A stretch of DNA of 62,312 bases, the filler included, from Chthonomonadaceae bacterium (GTDB taxonomy: Bacteria; Armatimonadota; Chthonomonadetes; Chthonomonadales; Chthonomonadaceae): the NCBI GenBank assembly GCA_035650735.1. It is 3 parts of 3 records of this genome, joined end to end, with 100 filler letters (N's around TTAATTAATTAA, not from the genome) between each part and the next. Parts side by side here need not be neighbours in the genome. Positions count along the whole stretch, not along the records: positions 1 to 15,551 come from DASRGZ010000194.1; 2 more parts are not named here. One strand, written 5' to 3'. Shown here one piece after another: positions 1-9,506 of the stretch. Position numbers and translations under genes: made by a program. Below the pieces are notes generated by a model. That model searched no databases, was not told the origin of the DNA, and saw only the letters and a program-made list of their open reading frames with translations. Within the stretch, counting starts at the first letter, position 1, and each line of letters begins with the position of its first letter.

Positions 1-444
1 ATCGGCCTTGACCTTCTCCATGTCCGTGCCGATCACCGTCAGCTCCAGCTTAAACTGGTTGACAAGCTCGCGTATCTGGCCTGCGCTGCCCTGAAGGGTT
101 TGCCTCTCGGCGGCAGAGCCGCTCTGGAGCAGAGCCTCCATCCGATCCACGACCCGCTTGAGCAGGGCCGCCATCTCGTAGCGGGTGATAGCGCGCCCGC
201 CCAGGAAATCGCCGTCGGGGGGATAGCCCTGGATGAGGCCCTTGCGGGCCAGGTCCTGGATAGCGGCATAGGCCCAGTGGGTCGGGGGCACGTCCTGGCC
301 CACCGGGGCGCCTGCCTGGCCCCGAGCCGGCAGCGGGCAGGCCATCAGGACCACAAAACTCAGTATGAGAGCGCTGCCCAGCAAAGCAGAGTGAATGCCC
401 CGCGCCCTAAAAGCGCGTTTCTTGCCCTCCTGGCACCGTCGCAA
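1..444 (-). CDS. S-layer homology (SLH) domain protein, N-terminal part (runs off window)
   Basis: Own translation, absent from the ORF track: TTG start after GGAGG, hydrophobic signal-like segment, then GQDVPPTHWAYAAIQDLARKGLIQGYPPDGDFLGGRAITRYEMAALL (SLH motif) and a coiled-coil-like segment. Confidence 0.85.
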   Translation of the reverse strand, partial: MRRCQEGKKRAFRARGIHSALLGSALILSFVVLMACPLPARGQAGAPVGQDVPPTHWAYAAIQDLARKGLIQGYPPDGDFLGGRAITRYEMAALLKRVVDRMEALLQSGSAAERQTLQGSAGQIRELVNQFKLELTVIGTDMEKVKAD

Positions 445-679
445 ATCGTTCCTCCGTAAATGTCGGTAAAAAATATGAAGGCAGCGGCTTATGCCCTAAC
501 CGGCTCGTGCTCCAGGCGGCCGGCTGCCCTGCGCAAATTTCGGCTTCCGGTTGGCAAACCCCTGCCTCTGAACCCAAAAACAGGGAAAATTGGAGGGATT
601 TCAGTGCGTAATCGGCAAGGCTTCTGTCCTCTGAGGGCCCCTGCGCCGAGGCGGCCGCTGGCGGCCTGCGGGAGAGCAT

Positions 680-708
680 TGGACATTCCGGGCCGTTTCT
701 GCTATAAT
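680..708 (+). promoter_or_regulatory. sigma70-type promoter with extended -10
   Basis: TGGACA-17 nt-TATAAT with TG at 700-701, upstream of the 866 gene. Confidence 0.6.
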
Positions 709-865
709 CCGCAAAGGTTCCGCTCCGCTAGGAGGAACTTGGAATACCGCGCGGCGCCGCGTAAGGATCAAGCCGCGCAAACCTCGTCCTGAAAGACTGC
801 CGACAGAGGATAGGGAAATCTGGAACGGCGGCAGGGAGGAAGCAAGGTCGGAGGTAAAAAATCTG

Positions 866-2143
866 GTGAGGATCGTTGAAGTTAGGGAACGCGACGGTGT
901 CGCCCTGTTGCAGGAGGAGTGGCGCGCGCTGCAGGCGCGCTGTCCGGAGGCGACCCCCTTTCAGACGTGGGAGTGGAACGAAGCCTGGTGGCGGCACTTT
1001 GGGGCGCGCAAGCGCCTGCGCCTGCTGCTTTTCCGGGCCGGGCGCGGCGGTCCCGGCGGCGCCGGGGAGCTTGTCGGCATCGCGCCCCTCTACACAAGCT
1101 GGCATCTGGGAACGCCCCTGCGCCGCCTGGCCTGGCTGGGAACCGGCTCCAGCGACTATCTGGGCCCCCTGGCCCTGCCCGCCTATGCGCAGGAGGTCGC
1201 CTCGGCCCTGCTGAACTATCTAGATCGCGGCCTGCGCGGCTGGGACATCGCCGACCTCCAGCAGTTGCGCCCGGATTCGTCGCTGATGGCCCATGCGCCC
1301 CGTCCCTGGCCGCACCGCCCCACCGAAGCCCAATCCACGCTGCCGATGGAGCCCTGCCCTTATCTGCCCCTGCCGCCGACCTGGGAGGCGTTTGCACGGC
1401 GGCTGAGCAAAAAGATGCGCTCCAACCTCGGCTACTACGAGCGCCTGCTGGAAAAGACCTTCCCGGATACGCGCTTCTCCCTGGCCGACGCCCGCACGCT
1501 TTCCGCCGGCATGACCGCCCTGTTTGACCTGCATCAGCGCCGCTGGAACGCCCGCTGGCTTCCCGGCGCCCTGGGCAACAAGCGCGTCCAGTCCTTTCAC
1601 CGTGAGGTGGCCGCGCGCTTCCTGGAGCGGGGCTGGCTGCGGCTGCATCTGCTGCGGGCGGGAGGCGCGATCCGCTCCGCGCTCTACTGCTACGCCTACA
1701 ACGGGCGCACGTACTACTATATCGGCGGCTTTGCGCCGGAACTGGCCAAGTACAGCCTGGGCACGCTGCTGACCGCACACGCCATCCAGCAGGCCATTGA
1801 CGAGGGCTGCTCCGAGTTCGATTTCCTGCGCGGGCAGGAGCCCTATAAGTATCGCTGGCAGCCGGAGGAGCGCATCAACTCCCGCCTGCTGCTGTTGCGC
1901 GCGCGCGATAACCTGGGTGGACTGGGCGAGCTGCCCGGTAAGGCAGGATTCGCCCTCCATCGCGTAGAACGTTACGTCATTCACCGCGCCAAAGCCTTCG
2001 CCAGGCAGCAGAGCCTCAAGAAGGAAAAAGGTGGTCCACCGGAGCCCGGCGCTTCCGGCGCGTTGGCCGCCGAGAACGTGCCGCTCTTGCAGGCTATCGT
2101 TCGGGTGCGAAAGCCCGGAGAGAAGAAGGCAGAGCGGCCCTGA
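866..2143 (+). CDS. GNAT family N-acetyltransferase (CelD/BcsL-like, Acetyltransf_6)
   Basis: TPFQTWEW..AWW, SDYLG, YSLGTLL, FDFLRGQEPYKYRW motifs. Confidence 0.85.
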   Translation: MRIVEVRERDGVALLQEEWRALQARCPEATPFQTWEWNEAWWRHFGARKRLRLLLFRAGRGGPGGAGELVGIAPLYTSWHLGTPLRRLAWLGTGSSDYLGPLALPAYAQEVASALLNYLDRGLRGWDIADLQQLRPDSSLMAHAPRPWPHRPTEAQSTLPMEPCPYLPLPPTWEAFARRLSKKMRSNLGYYERLLEKTFPDTRFSLADARTLSAGMTALFDLHQRRWNARWLPGALGNKRVQSFHREVAARFLERGWLRLHLLRAGGAIRSALYCYAYNGRTYYYIGGFAPELAKYSLGTLLTAHAIQQAIDEGCSEFDFLRGQEPYKYRWQPEERINSRLLLLRARDNLGGLGELPGKAGFALHRVERYVIHRAKAFARQQSLKKEKGGPPEPGASGALAAENVPLLQAIVRVRKPGEKKAERP

Positions 2144-2220
2144 GGGCTCGATTGCGCTCCTGTTGCTGGCGATGATACGGCTCGAACGGCCCACGCGGAG
2201 CAAGTGAGGTTCTACGCTCT

Positions 2221-3018
2221 ATGTTTTACCAGGCAATTTCCCATGTCTTCCTTCGCCGTCGGCCCCGCCCGTATGCTTTCTTGGGGCGGGGCGTGCGGCT
2301 GCTTATCGTGGGCCTGCTGCTGACGGTCTCGCTCACGGGCCTGACCGGCTGCCGCATCCGCAGCTTTCTCTCGACACGCCAGGAGGTCAACCTGGGCAAG
2401 GAGGCATCCCGCCAGGTTGAGCAGGAGTACCGGGTAGACACTATCTCGTCGGATGCCGAGCGGGTGCGCCGTGTCGGCTCAAGCCTGCTGCCGCACATGG
2501 ACCGCCGCGATATGCCCTACTCCTTTAAAGTCATTGACGCGCGTGAAATCAACGCTTTCTCTCTGCCCGGCGGACCGGTCTACGTCTATCGCGGTCTGCT
2601 GGATATGATGGGCGACGACAACGATGCGCTTGCCTGTGTTGTGGGCCATGAGCTGGGCCACATCAACGGCCGGCACGTTGCCCGTGCAATCTCCTCGCAG
2701 TACGCGACCAATATCCTTATCGGCCTGGCGATCCCCAACGCTACCAGCCAGAATATTGCCGGCCTCGTCGCCGACATCGTCAATCTCAAGTACAGTCGTG
2801 ACGACGAGTACGACGCCGACCGGCGCGGCCTGAGCTACGCGCACTTCGCTGGCTACGACCCCGAGGGCATGGTGCGGTTCTTCCACAAGCTGCAGCGCCT
2901 GGAAAAGCGCGAAGGGGGCGGGGGACCGGAGTGGCTGCGGTCGCATCCCTTGACCGGCGCGCGCATCCAGCGGGCGGAAAGCATCATCGCCCACAACGAC
3001 TTCCGCTACGGGCAATGA
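2221..3018 (+). CDS. M48 family zinc metalloprotease, probable lipoprotein
   Basis: INAFSLPGG, HELGH, YSRDDEYDAD, SHP motifs; LTGC lipobox-like. Confidence 0.9.
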   Translation: MFYQAISHVFLRRRPRPYAFLGRGVRLLIVGLLLTVSLTGLTGCRIRSFLSTRQEVNLGKEASRQVEQEYRVDTISSDAERVRRVGSSLLPHMDRRDMPYSFKVIDAREINAFSLPGGPVYVYRGLLDMMGDDNDALACVVGHELGHINGRHVARAISSQYATNILIGLAIPNATSQNIAGLVADIVNLKYSRDDEYDADRRGLSYAHFAGYDPEGMVRFFHKLQRLEKREGGGGPEWLRSHPLTGARIQRAESIIAHNDFRYGQ

Positions 3019-3079
3019 GAATCACCTTCATCTGCTTACGCATTGACTACGTAGGCCAGCGGTCGGGCAGCGTACTTAC

Positions 3080-4186
3080 TCAGTGAGAATCGCCCTCGCC
3101 GGCTTGCGCAGGCTTGGAAGCCGTGGACGGGCGCAGAAGCTGCTTCGGCGCATTGGACGGCGTTCCGGGATAGGTGGGGCGCAGCAGATGCTCCGGCGCG
3201 GCGGGCGGCTCGGAGGCACCGCGCAGCAGCATCTGGCTCTCGTTCTCCCGCTGCTGTCGCTCCCGCAGCAGCGGCAGGATGCGCTCCGCCGTTCGGCGCA
3301 CCAGAGACGTATGCACGCCGCTGAGGAGATGTTCCACCGGCCTGACCGCGCGGCCATCCCCAACCTTTTCCAGCGCCTCCAGTAGATGCAGCGTGAGCCC
3401 CTCGTCCGCCTGGCCCAGGAGACGACACAGGCCCGGCACCGCCTCCGCGCCAAGCTGCCCGTAATGATTGGGGGTTAATCTGCGCAGTACGGCCCGCAGA
3501 GCAGGAATGGCGGCCGTCCGTACTCGCTGGCTCGGCTCCAGAGCGGCCTTTGCCAGCGCGCCCACGCTCTCCGGAGCATGCAGGCGGCCCAGTGCGGTGA
3601 CCCCAGTCGCCCGCACGCGATCCACGCGGCTGTCCTCATATATCAGCGAGCCGAACAGCCCACCGATCCAGGCTCCCACGGCCAGGAGGACCATCAGGAT
3701 GCCCGACCAGGCATGGAAGCGTCCCTGTCCGAAATAGAGCATGCTGAGGATGACGACCAGCAAGATGCTGCCAGCACAGCCCACGCTCAGGGAGAATAGG
3801 GAGCGCTGCAGCATCCGCCCGTACCGGCCGGGATCGACGGGCAGGCGGTTTTCGAGGACATCCAGGAGCGCGCGGATGGCTGCGGGCTGCTGTTTGAGGT
3901 CAAACTCGGTCCATCCCAGCGTCCAGGCCGCGACCTGCCGCTCTTTCCACGGAGCGGTAGGCGTTCTCAGCACCGCGATCAGCGGCGCAGCGGTTTCCAG
4001 ACGGGCCTGGCCTTGCAGGAGAATCGGCGCGGCAAGGCGATAGGTCACGCTGCCGGGATAGAGGCTGTGCAGCAGAGCAGCGACCTCGCTGACTTCCTCC
4101 TGTGTCGGCCTCGGCTCCAGCCGCGCAGCAGTCTGGTTAAACGCCATCACGGGATCGGGCGCCGTGATCGGTTCCTCATGACTCAC
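3080..4186 (-). CDS. HEAT-repeat membrane protein
   Basis: Helical repeats (VRATGVTALGRL, VRTAAIPAL, LEALEKVGDGRAV) around two TM segments; GTGA overlap with the upstream gene. Confidence 0.65.
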   Translation of the reverse strand: MSHEEPITAPDPVMAFNQTAARLEPRPTQEEVSEVAALLHSLYPGSVTYRLAAPILLQGQARLETAAPLIAVLRTPTAPWKERQVAAWTLGWTEFDLKQQPAAIRALLDVLENRLPVDPGRYGRMLQRSLFSLSVGCAGSILLVVILSMLYFGQGRFHAWSGILMVLLAVGAWIGGLFGSLIYEDSRVDRVRATGVTALGRLHAPESVGALAKAALEPSQRVRTAAIPALRAVLRRLTPNHYGQLGAEAVPGLCRLLGQADEGLTLHLLEALEKVGDGRAVRPVEHLLSGVHTSLVRRTAERILPLLRERQQRENESQMLLRGASEPPAAPEHLLRPTYPGTPSNAPKQLLRPSTASKPAQAGEGDSH

Positions 4187-5499
4187 AACAGCATACGCTC
4201 CTTGACCTCCAGGTAGCGGTTGACCAGCTCGGCGGAGAGCTTATCGGCGGGCGCGTCCACCACCAGCACGCCCCGCTGTGCCAGCGCCCCCGTCGCCTTC
4301 TGCCGATCCTCCAGTACCTGCGTCGCGACCGCTTTCTCGTAAATGGCCTGCGCCGCGTCTGCCTCCTGCGCGGCGGCACGCAGCACCTTCGTATCCAGCA
4401 GCGTGACGGCCGCCACCAGATGGCGCGGCTGCAGGCCGGCCAGTTCCGCGATGGTCTGGCGCGAGGAATCAGGATCCCATAGGTCGGTGAAGCAGACCAT
4501 CAGCGAACGTTTGCGCCACCGCGTGGAGAGATAGGCCAGCGCGCCCCGATAGTCCGGCTCAGCCAGCGTCGCCTTCGCGTTATAGAGGGCCTCCAGGATG
4601 GCGTAGACCTGGGCGCGGCCCTTCTTCGGCGGCAGGTACGTCTGCACTGTATCCGCAAAGACCAGCAGGCCCACCTTATCCTCCGAAAGCGTGGCGACGT
4701 AGGCCAGCAGCAGCGCGGCGTTAATGGCGTAATCGAGCTTCTGGATGCCATCAATCTCGGCCAGCATCGTCCGGCCCACATCCAGCACCAGGATCACATT
4801 CTGCGATCTCTCCACTTCATACTGCCGGGAAATGAACTTGCCGCGTCGGGCCGTCGCCTTCCAATCAATGCGCCGCAGCTCGTCGTCCGGCTGATAGTCG
4901 CGCAGGCTCTCAAACTCACGTCCTGCGCCCTGGAGTCGCGCCGCACGAATTCCCAACTGCTGCAAGCGCCCACGCCGCGCCATCAGGTTGAACTTGGCCG
5001 TCTCCAGCAGGTTCGGATAGACTTTGACGGCGGCCCGGGCCGGAACGCGCACCTGGCGCGATACCAGCCCCAATCGCCCCCGCACGCGCAAATAGATGTC
5101 GCCAAAGGTATAATCGCCGCGCGCCTGCGGCGTCAGGTGGTAGAGGATGGCCTGCCTTCTCCCGGCCCCGGCGGTCAACAGGAGGGGCGTGCCCGGCAGA
5201 TCGTTGGGAATGGCCTCCGGCGGCGAGTCGCGCAGCTCCAAGCTCAGGTCCACATCGCTGGTGTTGCGGACGCGCACACGCACAGGGTTAGGCGCCCCGA
5301 GCGAGAGCTTATCTTCCACCTCGCGCTCCACATACAGTTGTTCCAGCGGCGGGAACAGCAGCCAGTCGGTGAGCGCCAGGGCCAGCAACAGGCCGTCCCA
5401 GGCCAACGCCAGGCCCAGGTAGCCGTGCGAAATGCCTGTGAGCAGCAGCGGCACCAGGCCCAGCGCAAACAAAAGAAGCCAGCGTCTGCTGAAAACCAA
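4183..5499 (-). CDS. DUF58 domain protein (MoxR-associated, vWA-like)
   Basis: EFESLRDYQPDDELRRIDWKATAR, LDVGRTM; start reassigned to TTG 5499 after GGAGG. Confidence 0.85.
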   Translation of the reverse strand: MVFSRRWLLLFALGLVPLLLTGISHGYLGLALAWDGLLLALALTDWLLFPPLEQLYVEREVEDKLSLGAPNPVRVRVRNTSDVDLSLELRDSPPEAIPNDLPGTPLLLTAGAGRRQAILYHLTPQARGDYTFGDIYLRVRGRLGLVSRQVRVPARAAVKVYPNLLETAKFNLMARRGRLQQLGIRAARLQGAGREFESLRDYQPDDELRRIDWKATARRGKFISRQYEVERSQNVILVLDVGRTMLAEIDGIQKLDYAINAALLLAYVATLSEDKVGLLVFADTVQTYLPPKKGRAQVYAILEALYNAKATLAEPDYRGALAYLSTRWRKRSLMVCFTDLWDPDSSRQTIAELAGLQPRHLVAAVTLLDTKVLRAAAQEADAAQAIYEKAVATQVLEDRQKATGALAQRGVLVVDAPADKLSAELVNRYLEVKERMLL

Positions 5500-5596
5500 A
5501 ACTACCTCCAGAGGCGTCCGCGCGTCCTGCACGCGCCGCCCAGACTCGATTCGCGCCCAGGAGAGGCCATTCCTGCTTGCCCCCAGCTCCAATAGA

Positions 5597-5785
5597 CCTC
5601 ACCCCCGGCCCCCCTCCTTCTCAAGGAGAGGGGAGGGTCAGAGTTGGCTTCTCCTCCCCCTTCTCCCTGCAAGGGAGAAGGGCCGGGGATGAGGGTAGAA
5701 CCTGACTTCTCCCCTCCCCTGTTCTTGGGGGAGGGGGTTAGGGGGTGGGGGCCTCTCCCCTCTCCCAACTTTAGGAGAGGGGAAC
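5597..5785. repeat. Cluster of GC-rich REP-like hairpins (family A); includes an uninterrupted CTCCCCTCCCCTGTTCTTGGGGGAGGGG copy
   Basis: Palindromes such as CCCTTCTCCCT-GCA-AGGGAGAAGGG; the family recurs at about 8 loci. Confidence 0.85.
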
Positions 5786-5849
5786 ACGGAGTGAGGGTCT
5801 TAACCGGGGATGGCAGCCTGTCCCTATGTAAAATTCTCTGTTCGTACCC

Positions 5850-5878
5850 TTGACAATCTGGCCAGGTTGTTTTATAGT
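5850..5878 (+). promoter_or_regulatory. sigma70-type promoter of the sigH-like gene
   Basis: TTGACA-17 nt-TATAGT. Confidence 0.7.
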
Positions 5879-6027
5879 GAATTTGCTTGCGCCTTTTGAC
5901 GTGACATTTATAGACAAAAGGCACCCGGTCTGGATCGCTTGAAACGCAAGCCTAGAACGCTCAAGGTCGGTTTCGGGAGACTGCTTGGCTCCCTTCCGGC
6001 CCACGGAGCGCTGGAGGAGGATGGCCG

Positions 6028-6672
6028 ATGGTTATGATGAGCCGTGAGTCGTCCTGGGAAGCGCAGGAGCGCGATGAGGAACTCGTGCGTCAGGCCCGTA
6101 CGGGCAGCACGCGCGCCACAGAGCAGTTGCTGGCAAAATATCGCCCCTTGGTGGAGAGCAAGGCGCGCTCGTATTTTTTGCTGGGTGCTGACCACGATGA
6201 TGTCGTGCAGGAAGGCATGATCGGGCTATATAAGGCCATTCGCGACTTCCGAGATGATCGCTTCTCCCGCTTCCGTGCCTTTGCCGACCTCTGCGTCACG
6301 CGCCAGATCATCACGGCGGTCAAGACGGCGACCCGCCAGAAGCACCTGCCCCTGAACGCCTATATCTCACTCTATCACATGCCCTCGGCTGATACCGAAA
6401 GCGGCGACGGCACGCTGCTGGACTGCCTGCCCGATACACGCTGCAACGACCCTGAGCACTGCCTGTTCCAGCATCACGAAACTTCCGGGCGACTCGAGGC
6501 CGTGCGCCACACGCTCTCGCCTCTGGAAGTGCGTGTGCTCGATTGCTACCTGGAAGGCAAATCCTATCGTGAGATGTCCGATGAGCTTCACTGCCAGCCC
6601 AAAACCGTAGATAACGCGCTCCAGCGTGTCAAACGCAAGATCGGAGAATTTCTGCCCCGCATGAAGGCTTAA
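6028..6672 (+). CDS. sigH: RNA polymerase sigma factor SigH (Spo0H-like)
   Basis: KARSYFLLGADHDDVVQEGMIGLYKAIRDF, LCVTRQIITAVKTATRQKH.PLN, KTVDNALQRVKRK. Confidence 0.9.
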   Translation: MVMMSRESSWEAQERDEELVRQARTGSTRATEQLLAKYRPLVESKARSYFLLGADHDDVVQEGMIGLYKAIRDFRDDRFSRFRAFADLCVTRQIITAVKTATRQKHLPLNAYISLYHMPSADTESGDGTLLDCLPDTRCNDPEHCLFQHHETSGRLEAVRHTLSPLEVRVLDCYLEGKSYREMSDELHCQPKTVDNALQRVKRKIGEFLPRMKA

Positions 6673-6674
6673 AC

Positions 6675-7673
6675 ATGGCGCTTCCCCCACCGCGCTATCT
6701 GCGCCCGCAAGACCTGCGCCGTTTCCAGAACTTCCAGTTCGCCGCACGGCTGATCGTCGAAGGCTTCTACGCCGGACGGCACCGCTCGCCCTATCACGAC
6801 GCCTCCGCCGAGTTCGCCGACTACCGCCCCTACGTCCCCGGCGACGAGATACGCGCCCTGGACTGGCGTGCCTATGCCCGCACCGACCGCGACTATATCA
6901 AGCTCTTCCGCAAAGATACCGACATGCGCTGCCATGTGCTGTTGGATACCAGCCGCTCCATGGCCTTCCGGGGCGAGCCGGAAGCCGACCCGGATACCGA
7001 CCCTCCGCCGCGCAGGAACGGGTGGCGGCGCCTGGCCCCGCAGAGGAAGCAAACCGCAGGCAACAAGAGTGAGGAGGCCCCACTCTCCAAATTTGAATAC
7101 GCCGCCTACCTGACGGCGGCGCTCGGCTACCTCATGATCCGGCAGGGGGACAGGGCCAGCCTGGCGCTCGGCGCCGACGACTTACAGGTTTTCCTGCCTC
7201 CCGGTGGCACGATGGCGCACCTGTATCGCCTGCTCTACACCCTGGAGCAGACACGTCCCGACGGCCCGACGCGCCTCTCGACGGCGCTGCGCGCCCTGTT
7301 TACGGTGGCCCGGCGCAAGGGCCTGCTCGTCGTCCTCTCCGACTTTCTGGAAGCGCCGGAGCCGCTGTTTGCTGCACTTTCCATGTACGCCCAGCGCGGC
7401 TGGCAGATCCTGCTGCTCCAAGTGCTGACCGAGGCCGAGATGAATCTGCCGGATGCCGGCAGACCCTTACGCTTCCTGGATGCCGAAGGGCCAGGAATGG
7501 CCGATGCCGATCCTAACGCCCTCCGCGCCGCCTACCGATCTGAGCTGCAAGCCCACCTCGATACGCTGGAAACCCAATCCAAAGCCCACCGTATTCACTA
7601 CGCCCGCATGACCACCGCCACTCCCTACGACCAGGCCCTCGAACGCTACCTCACCACCCGCTCCCAATCCTGA
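6675..7673 (+). CDS. DUF58 domain protein
   Basis: GRHRSP, EFADYRPYVPGDEIRALDWRAYAR, LDTSRSM, VVLSDF. Confidence 0.88.
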   Translation: MALPPPRYLRPQDLRRFQNFQFAARLIVEGFYAGRHRSPYHDASAEFADYRPYVPGDEIRALDWRAYARTDRDYIKLFRKDTDMRCHVLLDTSRSMAFRGEPEADPDTDPPPRRNGWRRLAPQRKQTAGNKSEEAPLSKFEYAAYLTAALGYLMIRQGDRASLALGADDLQVFLPPGGTMAHLYRLLYTLEQTRPDGPTRLSTALRALFTVARRKGLLVVLSDFLEAPEPLFAALSMYAQRGWQILLLQVLTEAEMNLPDAGRPLRFLDAEGPGMADADPNALRAAYRSELQAHLDTLETQSKAHRIHYARMTTATPYDQALERYLTTRSQS

Positions 7674-7730
7674 AGAATCCCCTGCGCCACAGACACGCAG
7701 GAAATAGAGCGAAAAATGAAGAAAAACCGC

Positions 7731-7758
7731 TAAATATGCCGGGCACTGCCGCCGATAA
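7731..7758 (+). promoter_or_regulatory. sigma28 (FliA/SigD)-type promoter
   Basis: TAAA-16 nt-GCCGATAA consensus match. Confidence 0.6.
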
Positions 7759-7858
7759 TAGAACGAAGGACCCTTTCCCTTCCCCAAAGCCGGCGCTCTG
7801 CGCACCGTAATCTGCGTGCTAGATACCAGGCCCATGGCGGCTCGGAGGCATTGTTGTC

Positions 7859-9193
7859 GTGAAGTACACAAGGTGGAAATCCGTGGCTGAGCGCTGCCTG
7901 CTCGGTACCGTGCTGTCGGGGATCGGAGGCCTCTGCTTCGGTCTGATGGGCTGTGGCGATCACAGCAGTGGCCCTCCCGCCAATAGCGCCACAACGCGCG
8001 CCGCCATTGCCGGCATCGTGCGTGCGCCGGCGAGCCAGATGCGCCCTGCCTCAGCCCGCAGGCGCCCCACATCCGCCCTGGAGCCGGTTCCCAACGCGCT
8101 CGTGACGCTTACCAACTTGGATACGGGCGCTCTCGTCGCCACCACCAGCACCGACGCGCAGGGCAGCTATGCCTTTCCCCAGGCCCAGGACGGCGTCAAC
8201 TATCAGGTCACGGCCACGGCCCAGACTCCCAACGGCACGCTGACAGAGAGCGCGCTTCTCACCCCGCCCATGTCGGACGAGCCTATCCTGCGCGATCTCG
8301 ATCCCGCTTCGACTCTGGCCGCTGCCGCTGCGCTCAAACAATACCGTGGGTGGAAAGAGACGACCTCCGCAACTAGCGGGCCGACAGCGGTCGGCAGCTT
8401 ACAGGCGCTTGCCGATGAGCTGGAACAGAATCTGAAGCAGAAGAGTGTCCCGGCGCCAGACCTGACCCGCCAGGGGACCCTTCTCGCCGCCTCGACGCGG
8501 CTGCTGACAGACAACCGGGCCAGGGGCGCGTATGCGGGCGATCTGGACGGGGAGGACTCCGCGGGCAAGCTGGCGGTGCTCGTCGCTGGCGGACGCTTTC
8601 GCCTGGTCGTGATACCTGATCCCCGCGCCGATGAAGGCGCTCTGAGCGCGAGCCGCCGCAGTGCGGAGGGAACCGTTAGCGCTAGCGGCGTCCTGATCGC
8701 TAGAGCAGGCGGTAATCTACAGGTCAGCGGCATGCTGATCGGCGATGTCGGCTCCGGAGTCTGGAGCGATGGCGCGCACAGAGGCACCTGGAAAGTCGCC
8801 AGGCTCACCAGAGCCGACGCCGGACTCTATGAAGGCACGTTCACCAGGCCCGGCACCCTGCAAGAAGAGAACGGGGGACGTGTCGCCGCCATCATCCAGG
8901 ACGACGGCTCGCTCTACATCCAGGCCGGCAATGGTAGGGACGCAGAGACCAGCCTGTTCGGCAAGGGATCCATAGACGCCTACGGCCATATCCTCTTCTT
9001 TTTCCTGGACAGCGCCGGAGGCATGGGCACCGGCACCGGGCAGCTCACCGCCGATGGCTACGTCAGCGGCAGCTACACCACCAGCGCCAGGGTAAAACGC
9101 TACTGGCATGTCAAGCACCAGACGACACTGCCGCCGTCACGAAGCGCACGCCCGCTTGCCCAGCAGCGGCGCACTACGCCTGCCTCCTCGTGA
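7859..9193 (+). CDS. Predicted lipoprotein with carboxypeptidase-regulatory-like (Cna/prealbumin-fold) domain
   Basis: LMGC lipobox; PVPNALVTL...TTSTDAQGSYAF motif; beta-rich C-terminus. Confidence 0.65.
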   Translation: MKYTRWKSVAERCLLGTVLSGIGGLCFGLMGCGDHSSGPPANSATTRAAIAGIVRAPASQMRPASARRRPTSALEPVPNALVTLTNLDTGALVATTSTDAQGSYAFPQAQDGVNYQVTATAQTPNGTLTESALLTPPMSDEPILRDLDPASTLAAAAALKQYRGWKETTSATSGPTAVGSLQALADELEQNLKQKSVPAPDLTRQGTLLAASTRLLTDNRARGAYAGDLDGEDSAGKLAVLVAGGRFRLVVIPDPRADEGALSASRRSAEGTVSASGVLIARAGGNLQVSGMLIGDVGSGVWSDGAHRGTWKVARLTRADAGLYEGTFTRPGTLQEENGGRVAAIIQDDGSLYIQAGNGRDAETSLFGKGSIDAYGHILFFFLDSAGGMGTGTGQLTADGYVSGSYTTSARVKRYWHVKHQTTLPPSRSARPLAQQRRTTPASS

Positions 9194-9199
9194 ACAGAG

Positions 9200-9425
9200 G
9201 CACCTAACCCCCTTCCCTGATCCGTTCGCTTCGCTCACAGGGAAGAGGGTGCTAGGGTTCTGAGGGTTCTAAGGGGCTAAGGAACGTTCGCTACGCTCAC
9301 AGGGAAGGGGATGACCCGACTTCTCCTCTCCCTTCTCCCTAGCAGGGAGAAGGGCCGGGGAGGAGGGGAGAACCTAGCTTCTCCTCTCCCCTTTCCTTCT
9401 CAAAGATAGAGGCCGGTGTGAGGTC
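9200..9425. repeat. REP-like family A cluster with internal direct duplication
   Basis: CCCTTCTCCCT-AGC-AGGGAGAAGGG hairpin; CGTTCGCTWCGCTCACAGGGAAG occurs twice. Confidence 0.8.
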
Positions 9426-9506
9426 TATTCGGGGTGCGGGCCAGACAGGGCTTTTCTCCGTGTGGTTTTTCCTCCGTGCCTCCGTGTCTCTAGCGCAGCG
9501 GGTGGT

